A DNA stretch of 7,122 nucleotides, filler included, from an uncultured virus (IMG/VR IMGVR_UViG_2061766007_000208) (lineage: Duplodnaviria > Heunggongvirae > Uroviricota > Caudoviricetes). It is 2 parts of one record of this genome, joined end to end, with 100 filler letters (N's around TTAATTAATTAA, not from the genome) between each part and the next. Parts side by side here need not be neighbours in the genome. Positions count along the whole stretch, not along the records: positions 1 to 1,563 come from IMGVR_UViG_2061766007_000208; positions 1,664 to 7,122 come from IMGVR_UViG_2061766007_000208. One strand, written 5' to 3'. The position numbers and the translations under genes are program-made. Below the pieces are notes generated by a model. The model saw only the letters and a program-made list of their open reading frames with translations. It did not search any database and had not been told where the DNA came from. How positions within the stretch are numbered: the stretch's first letter is position 1; the number at the start of each line of letters is the position of its first letter. This document shows, piece after piece, positions 1 to 6,535 of the stretch.

Positions 1-1396
1 GGCTCCGGGAACTGGGTGGATTATCCCACGACCGCGGACAACGCCAGCATTACTGGCGGCACCCTTGTGGTCAAGCCTACGCATTCTGTTTTCAACAATA
101 ACGTAGCGCAGATCAAGCTGGTCACTTCCGATGCCGATGTCTACGATACGATCACTATCACCAAGCTGTATGACGGCGCACAGGGTGAACCCGGCACACC
201 GGGCTCGGCAGGCTCCGGCGGCCTGTCTGTCATCCTTTCCAACGAGGCGCAGACAATTCCATGTACCTCCGGCGGAGCAGTTGCTGCTGCTACGACGGTG
301 ACGATCCCATTTGCCGCCTATGAAGGGATCGAGCAGAAAGCCGCGACCTGCACGGTCGGTACACTCCCGTCCGGCGTGACGGTCAGCAGCAATACACCGG
401 CCACGGCTTCTTCTGCAGGCTCCGTTGTGCTGTCCTTCGCTAAGAATGCTACCCTCGGCGGGGCATCCGTGCTGACAGGTACGATCCCGCTCACATTCTC
501 CGTCTCCGGACAGAGCGTGACGAAGACTTTTGCATGGACCAAGGCTAAGGCAGGCACGAACGGCGAATCCGCTGTTGTATTCTCCGTCTATGCTCCCAAC
601 GGCACCATCGTGCAGAATCAGTCGGGCAGNNNNNNNNNNGCCTTCGCCAAGAATGCTACACTCGGGGGAGCAAATGTGTTGACCGGCACGATTCCTCTTA
701 CGTTCTCTGTCTCTGGGCAGAGCGTGACGAAAACCTTCGCGTGGACTAAGGCCAAGGCAGGCACGAACGGCGAATCTGCGGTCGTGTTCTCCGTCTATGC
801 TCCCAACGGCACCATCGTGCAGAATCAGTCAGGCAGCCTGACACTGGCGACTTCGGCTTATCTCGGTGCAACGGCAATCTCNNNNNNNNNNTGCTACCGG
901 CTCCACCCTGACGGTCAATGGTGCGGATATCGTGAACATCCAGTCCTACCGCTGCACCATGACCTACGACGGCGAGAACTACGTGGATGTGATCACGGTT
1001 GAGGACAAGTCCGATCCGTATATCTCCGAGATGCTTTCCATCGGTGGTTTTACCGTGAAAAACAATCTCGGCGGCCTTGTCCCATATGTCATTGTTCGCA
1101 CCAACCAGCATGAGGTTGATCCGCTGTTGGGCAACATCTCCGAAACCGCACCCGCTTCTCCTGCCGCCGGAGATTTCTGGTATCAGGTGGATCATACCGG
1201 ACATACGGTCACACTGAAAAAGTACAGTGGCTCTGCGTGGGCAGAGGCAACAGAGACTCAGGAGATGACCTATGCCTGGTACGCACAGGACAAGGACGGC
1301 AATCCCGTCACCTTCAATAAGACCGGGAAGGTCATCTACCTCTCCGCCGCCGAGATCGACAGTATCCTCACGCTTCAGTGCGACGTGTCGAATTAA
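1..1396 (+). CDS. Probable phage tail/tail-fibre-associated structural protein; 5'-truncated, in three gap-separated pieces (1-629, 640-881, 892-1396)
   Basis: Frame 1 is open from base 1 (GSGNWVDYPTT...). The protein is Thr/Ser/Gly/Val-rich and beta-strand-like, with a short G-X-Y run (GAQGEPGTPGSAGSG, 175-219) and KAKAGTNGESA linkers of the kind seen in siphovirus tail proteins. After the 882-891 gap the protein-like reading continues in another frame (ATGSTLTVNGADIVNIQSYRCTMTY...LTLQCDVSN) to TAA at 1394-1396; the frame change is attributed to the arbitrary gap length. Function is inferred from composition. Confidence 0.65.
434..836 (+). repeat. 196-bp near-duplicate (434-629 vs 641-836) across a 10-N gap
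   Basis: Manual codon alignment gives about 28 differences in 196 nt. All are synonymous except one codon (GASV vs GANV). Confidence 0.9.
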
Positions 1397-1403
1397 GGGG
1401 GTG
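1395..1403 (+). promoter_or_regulatory. Ribosome-binding site for the 1409 ORF
   Basis: AAGGGGGTG overlaps the upstream TAA and lies 5 nt before the ATG at 1409. Confidence 0.7.
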
Positions 1404-1408
1404 CCGGT

Positions 1409-1563
1409 ATGCTTCTTACAGTTTGCCAGAACACCTTTCAAAGCATGGTCGAGCTGGAGGAAGTGGACTCCCTTCGTGTGGAGGTCCGGGAATGCTATGC
1501 TGAGATCACCCGAACCTCCGAGCAGATACAGAGTACCGTCCGCGAGAACTATCTCAGCAAGGA
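1409..1563 (+). CDS. Phage hypothetical protein, probably tail-associated; 3'-truncated at the contig end
   Basis: ATG with RBS, 12 nt after the previous stop. MLLTVCQNTFQ...CYAEITRTSEQIQSTVRENYLSK resembles the helical 'TSEQI.STV' segments of siphovirus minor tail proteins. The apparent stop at 1615 lies in the artificial linker. Confidence 0.65.
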
Positions 1564-1663
1564 NNNNNNNNNNNNNNNNNNNNNNNNNNNNNNNNNNNNN
1601 NNNNNNNTTAATTAATTAANNNNNNNNNNNNNNNNNNNNNNNNNNNNNNNNNNNNNNNNNNNN
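1564..1663. other. Artificial contig-joining linker (N44-TTAATTAATTAA-N44)
   Basis: Exactly 100 nt and symmetric. The palindromic 12-mer at 1608-1619 places TAA stops in all six frames. Confidence 0.95.
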
Positions 1664-2206
1664 TCGGGACTCAAAGTATATCACCTCCGCGCTGAAGGAG
1701 TCGCGTCCCAAGCTGGAGATCGACCAGAAACAGCTCGACGCGGATGAATTCCTTCTGAACACGCCGTCCGGCACCTACGACCTGCGCGTGGGCATCACCG
1801 ATGCGCATGAGCACTGTGCCTCTGACTTCATCACGAAGATGACCTCCGTGGACCCGTCCGATACCGGCAAGGATATCTGGGACGCCGCGCTGGACACCTT
1901 CTTCCTCGGTGACACTGAGCTCATGGGCTATGTGCAGGAGATCGTGGGCCTCGCCGCCATCGGCAAGGTTTATATCGAAGCGCTGATCATCGCCTACGGT
2001 GAAGGCCGAAACGGCAAGTCCACCTTCTGGAATACCATCTCCCGCGTGCTGGGCACCTACAGCGGCAACATGTCCGCCGATACCCTGACGGTCGGCTGCA
2101 AGCGGAACGTCAAGCCGGAGCTCGCTGAGGCCAAGGGCAAACGGCTCATCATCGCCGCCGAGATGGAGGAAGGCATGCGGCTGAACACCTCCACGGTCAA
2201 GCAGCT
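1664..2206 (+). CDS. Phage P4/D5-family primase-helicase, internal fragment (D5_N region plus SF3 ATPase); oriented opposite to the other copies
   Basis: Frame open from 1665: RDSKYITSALKE...QLDADEFLLNTPSGTYDL (D5_N-like), Walker A YGEGRNGKST, Walker B-like KRLIIAAE. Truncated by gaps at both ends; the GTG at 1788 is not a true start. Confidence 0.9.
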
Positions 2207-2216
2207 NNNNNNNNNN

Positions 2217-2306
2217 ACGGTCGGTGATGCTTATTTCCAAGACTCTTCTTATAGGTCATTTTTTTAGGCCCTAAGAGGACTTATAGAAAAGACCATCACC
2301 GACCGT
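2217..2306. repeat. Imperfect inverted repeat downstream of primase allele 1; candidate replication origin
   Basis: Arms 2217-2252 and 2271-2306 match at 27/36. The outer 13 bp are perfect (ACGGTCGGTGATG / CATCACCGACCGT). The 18-nt spacer contains T7. The left arm is cut by the gap. Origin function is inference. Confidence 0.75.
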
Positions 2307-2316
2307 CACTTTTGGC

Positions 2317-2631
2317 TTATTTCATGAAATCAGACTGCAGCTGCAGGCCGAAAACAAAAGCTCCGGCATTGGTTTTATGGCGGTCGAAACCGGCGCTTTC
2401 CAGTGCCACATAAAAATCTGTCGTGCTGCGGGTATACTCACCCACCTGCGTGCAATAGCTGCGGTATGCGTTGTAGAGCTCACCGGATTTCTCCTTGTAA
2501 GCCTTGTCCACCTCGCAGCAGTCGTTCAGGAAATGAGCGAGCCAGTCATTATTCTCCCGGTACCGGGTAATGGCATCCTGTACCACCTGCGGCTGCGTGA
2601 TATGATAGTCCTTGGCGATGACGCGCTTGGC
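2317..2631 (-). CDS. P4/D5-family primase-helicase C-terminal fragment (winged-helix-type domain), allele 1
   Basis: AKRVIAKDYHITQPQVV...YRENNDWLAHFLNDCC...LYNAYRSYC...FYVALESAGFDRHKTNAGAFVFGLQLQSDFMK*. Homologous to 2796-3113. Confidence 0.88.
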   Translation of the reverse strand, partial: AKRVIAKDYHITQPQVVQDAITRYRENNDWLAHFLNDCCEVDKAYKEKSGELYNAYRSYCTQVGEYTRSTTDFYVALESAGFDRHKTNAGAFVFGLQLQSDFMK

Positions 2632-2641
2632 NNNNNNNNNN

Positions 2642-2662
2642 CTCTATTGTTTTTTCTCTCAT
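2642..2662 (-). CDS. First 7 codons of the next gene, probably a VRR-NUC domain nuclease (not in the ORF track)
   Basis: GGAG (2672-2675) lies 9 nt before ATG AGA GAA AAA ACA ATA GAG = MREKTIE, then a gap. 'MREK.IE' is a typical N-terminus of phage VRR-NUC proteins, which usually follow the primase in this module. Confidence 0.6.
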
Positions 2663-2691
2663 AAGGGTTATCTCCATCAGAAATGAGGGTG

Positions 2692-2785
2692 GTGGAGGTC
2701 GTGAAAGCCAATTCCGTAACTCTTCTTAGAAGCTATTTTTTAAGGGCCTAAGAATACTCTTAGAAATGGATTCCACGACTTCCAC
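2692..2785. repeat. Imperfect inverted repeat downstream of primase allele 2; candidate replication origin
   Basis: Arms 2692-2729 and 2748-2785 match at 28/38. The 18-nt spacer is AAGCTATTTTTTAAGGGC. The element fills most of the 133-bp intergenic region 2663-2795. Origin function is inference. Confidence 0.75.
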
Positions 2786-2795
2786 TCCGTAGGGT

Positions 2796-3644
2796 TTACT
2801 TCATGAAATCAGACTTCAGACGCAGGCCAGTGATCACATTGGCTTTACTGGTACGGCGGCGATCAAAGCCACCGGCAGACTCCAGTGCCACGTAAAAATC
2901 TGTCGTGCTGCGAATATACTCGCCCACCTGCATGCAATAGCTGCGGTATGCGTTGTAGACGTCGCTGGACTTCTCGCTGTAGGAGGTATCAACCTCACAG
3001 CAGTCATTCAGGAAGTGTGCCAGCCAGTCGTTGTTCTCGCGGTACTTGGCAATGGCGTCCTGAACCACCTGCGGCTGCGTGATATGGTAGTCCTTGGCGA
3101 TGACGCGCTTGGCNNNNNNNNNNAACAATGAGCCGCCTCCACGTTCCGGCATCAATCGCACCGACCTTGGGCAGATGGTTGGTATAGAGCACGAGNNNNN
3201 NNNNNTGATCCACGTCAGGATCGCGCCACCAGCCTTGTCGTACAGGTAGTCGGCATAGTTCTTGATGTCCGAGTTGCCCTCGATCTTCGCGTTGAAGGGG
3301 ATGACGATCAGACGACGCCATGTCCCGGCATCAATCGCACCGACCTTGGGCAGATGGTTGGTATAGAGCACGAGGGTATGGCTGGGCACATAGGAAAACG
3401 GGTCCTTGTACTTTTTCTCGGCGTAGATCTCGTCGGTGGAGCAGAGCTGCTTCACATTGGAGGTGTTCAGTCGCATGCCTTCCTCCAGCTCGGCGGCGAT
3501 GATGAGACGCTTGCCCTTGGCCTCAGCCAGCTCCGGCTTGACNNNNNNNNNNNNNNNNNNNNNNNNNNNNNNNNNNNNNNNNNNNNNNNNNNNAATGGCG
3601 GCGAGGCCCACGATCTCCTGCACATAGCCCATGAGCTCCGTGTC
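2796..3644 (-). CDS. P4/D5-family primase-helicase, C-terminal half, in fragments (3594-3644, 3206-3542, redundant 3124-3195, 2796-3113), allele 2
   Basis: DTELMGYVQEIVGLAAI; VKPELAEAKGKRLIIAAELEEG (Walker B); HTLVLYTNHLP (SF3 motif C); DAGTWRRL (arginine finger); C-terminus ...GFDRRRTSKANVITGLRLKSDFMK* with stop at 2796-2798. Confidence 0.9.
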   Translation of the reverse strand, partial: DTELMGYVQEIVGLAAIXXXXXXXXXXXXXXXXXVKPELAEAKGKRLIIAAELEEGMRLNTSNVKQLCSTDEIYAEKKYKDPFSYVPSHTLVLYTNHLPKVGAIDAGTWRRLIVIPFNAKIEGNSDIKNYADYLYDKAGGAILTWIXXXXSCSIPTICPRSVRLMPERGGGSLXXXXAKRVIAKDYHITQPQVVQDAIAKYRENNDWLAHFLNDCCEVDTSYSEKSSDVYNAYRSYCMQVGEYIRSTTDFYVALESAGGFDRRRTSKANVITGLRLKSDFMK

Positions 3645-3654
3645 NNNNNNNNNN

Positions 3655-5525
3655 GTCTTCGGACAAGCCCATCTCGATAGCTCCCATTGCCTTGAGAGCA
3701 CCGACCGAGCCGCCGTAGCCAAGCGCCAATTCTGCGATTTTGCCTTTTTGTCGCAGGTGGCCGTTGACGCCATGCTTCTCAACCGGGACCTTGAACATCT
3801 GACTGGCTGAGGCGCAGTAGATGTCACCGCCNNNNNNNNNNNNNNNNNNNNNNNNNNNNNNNNNNNNNNNNNNNNNNNNNNNNNNNNNNNNNNNNNNNNN
3901 NNNNNNNNNNNNNNNNNNNNNNNNNNNNNNNNNNNNNNNNNNNNNNNNNNNNNNNNNNNNNNNNNCACCGCGTCGAAGTCACCAGCGCGGACCAGACCAC
4001 GGGCCTGTCCCAGATCTGGGAGATGGTTTTGCGGGAGGTTTTGCATCTGGATAATGCGGCCAGCCCAGCGACCGGTCCGGTTGGCTCCGAAGAACTGAAA
4101 CATCCCACGGGCACGGCCATCGGCACACACGGCTTTCTGCATGGCCTGATACTTCCGGACGGAGGACTTGGCAAGCTGNNNNNNNNNNGAAGTCACCGGC
4201 GCGGACCAGACCACGGGCCTGCCCCAGATCCGGGAGATGGTTTTGCGGCAGGTTTTGCATCTGGATGATGCGGCCTGCCCAGCGACCGGTCCGGTTGGCT
4301 CCGAAGAACTGAAACATGCCACGGGCACGGCCATCCGCGCAGACAGCTTTCTGCATGGCTTGATACTTCCGGACGGAGGACTTGGCAAGCTGCTGGCGGA
4401 GCAGGAGCACNNNNNNNNNNAAACTGAAACATCCCACGGGCACGGCCATCAGCGCAGACGGCCTTCTGCATAGCCTGATACTTCCGGACGGAGGACTTGG
4501 CAAGCTGCTGGCGNNNNNNNNNNNNNNNNNNNNNNNNNNNNNNNNNNNNNNNNNNNNNNNNNNNNNNNNNNNNNNNNNNNNNNNNNNNNNNNNNNNNNNN
4601 NNNNNNCACGCTGTTGGGGTTCTCCAGAGAGGTCAGGTCCTTCATGGCATCGGTGAGCTCTTTCCGGGAGCAGGTGTCCATGTCAATGGCCTGTTGCACC
4701 AGATCCATATCCAGCGCCACGCCTCTGTCGTTTACCTCCTGATCAAGGCGATACTGACTCCATATTTCTTCCGGGACCGGGAACTTGGCCAGCCGGTTTT
4801 GGATGGACTGTTCGACCTCCACATCCCGGCAGTTATAGCGTTTGAAGGCGGCCCACTTGTCCGGCGCGTGCATCGGCAGGTTCCGGGTCCGGCCACCGTT
4901 GGNNNNNNNNNNNNNNNNNNNNNNNNNNNNNNNNNNNNNNNNNNNNNNNNNNNNNNNNNNNNNNNNNNNNNNNNNNNNNNNNNNNNNNNNNNNNNNNNNN
5001 NNNNNNNNNNNNNNNNNNNNNNNACCGACCGTATCCTGCGGAATGCTGTAGCCGGTGTTGTCGAAGCCGCCGTGGTCCCGGAGCCAGCGTGACAGGCAGA
5101 TGCGCTCAAACTGTGCGTTGAAGGCCCACTTGATCACGGCGTCATCCGTCAGCGCGGCGATGATCTCCGCAGGCAGCTTCTCGCCGGAGGCAAGGTCCAC
5201 GACCTGCACCGGTCCGCCGTCCACGGAGTAGCCAAACAGCAAAATGTCAAAGTCCGGAGCCTCGGTNNNNNNNNNNCGACAGGCAGATGCGCTCAAACTG
5301 CGCGTTGAAGGCCCACTTGATCACGGTGTCATCCGTCAGCGCGGCCACGATCTCTGAAGGCAGCTCCTCGCCAGAGAGTAGGTCCACCACCTGCACCGGA
5401 CCGCCGTCCACGGAGTAGCCAAACAGCAAAATGTCGAAGTCCGGAGCCTCGGTGTACTTGTAGACACCGCACTTGGACAGGTCGACGCTGCTGAAGGTCT
5501 CTATGTCGATTGATAGTGTTTTCAT
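3655..5525 (-). CDS. polA: Phage family A DNA polymerase, fragmented, with redundant segments; C-terminus missing
   Basis: ATG at 5525 preceded by GAAAGGA. Motifs seen: ExoI (LSIDIETFS), ExoII ([12 protein letters not shown]), ExoIII (YNCRDVEVE), [33 protein letters not shown] and motif [15 protein letters not shown]. Motifs A and C are not visible (gap/truncation). Fragments: 5277-5525, 5024-5266, 4607-4902, 4421-4513, 4189-4410, 3966-4178, 3655-3831. Confidence 0.93.
3966..4513 (-). repeat. Three variant copies of one polymerase segment separated by 10-N gaps
   Basis: [29 protein letters not shown] is encoded three times with different synonymous codons (e.g. GCC GTG TGT GCC / GCT GTC TGC GCG / GCC GTC TGC GCT). 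Confidence 0.9.
5091..5453 (-). repeat. Two variant copies of the polymerase exonuclease segment (5091-5266 vs 5278-5453)
   Basis: [24 protein letters not shown] vs [24 protein letters not shown], with identical flanking residues. Confidence 0.9.
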
Positions 5526-5550
5526 ATATCGCTGGTCCTTTCCCAAGGCC

Positions 5551-5580
5551 AACAGGGTGGCAGGATTGCTCCCACCACCC
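5551..5580 (-). terminator. Stem-loop between the small membrane-protein gene and the polymerase; weak terminator, attenuator or mRNA-stabilising hairpin
   Basis: Minus-strand RNA GGGUGGUGGGA-GCAA-UCCUGCCACCC forms an 11-bp stem with two G-U pairs and a GNRA tetraloop, followed only by UGUU. Confidence 0.6.
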
Positions 5581-5592
5581 GCTGGCTTGTGA

Positions 5593-5844
5593 TTACTGTC
5601 TGCCGAGCTCCTTCATTCGGGCTTCGTGATATTCGGCATCACGAATGGCGCGTTCACGCTCAAGCTGCTGACGCTCGGCCTCCCACTTGGCATTACGCTC
5701 TTCACGTTCAGCCTCAAGAGCAACGTTGCGCTTTTCACGCTTGCGGTCGTCGATGGTGTCGATGATGGACCTGACAATCCAGAAAACAGCCAACACCAGA
5801 TAAAGGGACAGAAGCAGGATGCAAAGAATCGTTGTAGCGTTCAT
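5593..5844 (-). CDS. Small hypothetical protein (83 aa) with an N-terminal transmembrane helix and a charged helical tail
   Basis: Complete, gap-free ORF with a strong RBS (GAGGAGG overlapping the upstream TGA). Hydrophobic ILCILLLSLYLVLAVFWIV is followed by an E/R/K-rich tail. Confidence 0.85.
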   Translation of the reverse strand: MNATTILCILLLSLYLVLAVFWIVRSIIDTIDDRKREKRNVALEAEREERNAKWEAERQQLERERAIRDAEYHEARMKELGRQ

Positions 5845-5857
5845 GGCGCGTACCTCC

Positions 5858-5886
5858 TCAGTCCAAGAAGTCGTCCGCGTCGTCGG
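5858..5886 (-). CDS. C-terminal tail of a DUF2815 (T7 gp2.5-like) single-stranded DNA-binding protein
   Basis: DDADDFLD* is an acidic tail with a near-terminal Phe, at the usual position between DUF2800 and the polymerase. The rest of the gene lies in the gap. Confidence 0.65.
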
Positions 5887-6227
5887 NNNNNNNNNNNNNN
5901 NNNNNNNNNNNNNNNNNNNNNNNNNNNNNNNNNNNNNNNNNNNNNNNNNNNNNNNNNNNNNNNNNNNNNNNNNNNNNNNNNNNNNNNNNNNNNNNNNNNN
6001 NNNNNNNNNNNNNNNNNNNNNNNNNNNNNNNNNNNNNNNNNNNNNNNNNNNNNNNNNNNNNNNNNNNNNNNNNNNNNNNNNNNNNNNNNNNNNNNNNNNN
6101 NNNNNNNNNNNNNNNNNNNNNNNNNNNNNNNNNNNNNNNNNNNNNNNNNNNNNNNNNNNNNNNNNNNNNNNNNNNNNNNNNNNNNNNNNNNNNNNNNNNN
6201 NNNNNNNNNNNNNNNNNNNNNNNNNNN

Positions 6228-6535
6228 GTCGTTGAACTGTTTTCTTCCAAGAAGGGTGGTCATGGCCGTGACTCCGAGGAGCTTGGGTTCGTCATACGGG
6301 TCATACCCGGCTGCCTTCACAGCAGTGACCACGGCGTTCTCATCGGTGTACCTGCGGTTGGCGCGGCCTTCGACCANNNNNNNNNNATCGTTGAACTGTT
6401 TTCTTCCAAGAAGGGTGGTCATAGCTGTGACTCCGAGGAGCTTGGGTTCGTCATATGGGTCATACCCGGCTGCCTTCACAGCGGCGACCACGGCGTTCTC
6501 ATCGGTGTACCTGCGGTTGGCGCGGCCTTCGACCA
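6228..6535 (-). repeat. Two variant copies of a DUF2800 segment (6228-6376 vs 6387-6535)
   Basis: VEGRANRRY...KQFND occurs twice, with one amino-acid change (VVTAV vs VVAAV) and the rest synonymous. Confidence 0.9.

Noticed and set aside
434..836. Diversity-generating retroelement TR/VR pair in the tail gene
   Set aside because: The differences are third-position synonymous changes involving all four bases, not adenine-specific ones. The repeat is not C-terminal and no reverse transcriptase is visible.
882..891. Programmed frameshift or pseudogene in the tail gene
   Set aside because: The frame change coincides with an N gap of arbitrary length.
1608..1619. TTAATTAATTAA as a biological palindrome or att site
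   Set aside because: It is symmetrically padded with 44 N on each side, which marks it as a pipeline linker.
2217..2795. CRISPR array, transposon terminal inverted repeats, or a simple rho-independent terminator
   Set aside because: There is no repeat-spacer periodicity, transposase or target duplication. The T-tract lies in the centre between the arms rather than after the stem, and reads as an A-tract on the coding strand.
2796..4388. 530-aa ORF suggesting a polymerase-primase/helicase fusion
   Set aside because: The join is a 10-N gap (3645-3654) that skips polymerase motif C and the whole primase N-terminal half. The ORF drifts in and out of the true frames across the gaps.
3832..5023. 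Intein or intron interrupting the polymerase
   Set aside because: The interruptions are only N runs. No splicing motifs or homing-endonuclease sequence are visible.
5526..5552. Upstream TTG start (5552) for the polymerase given in the ORF track
   Set aside because: The ATG at 5525 has an RBS (GAAAGGA) and gives a typical [10 protein letters not shown] start. The TTG lies at the base of the hairpin, which would occlude any RBS for it.
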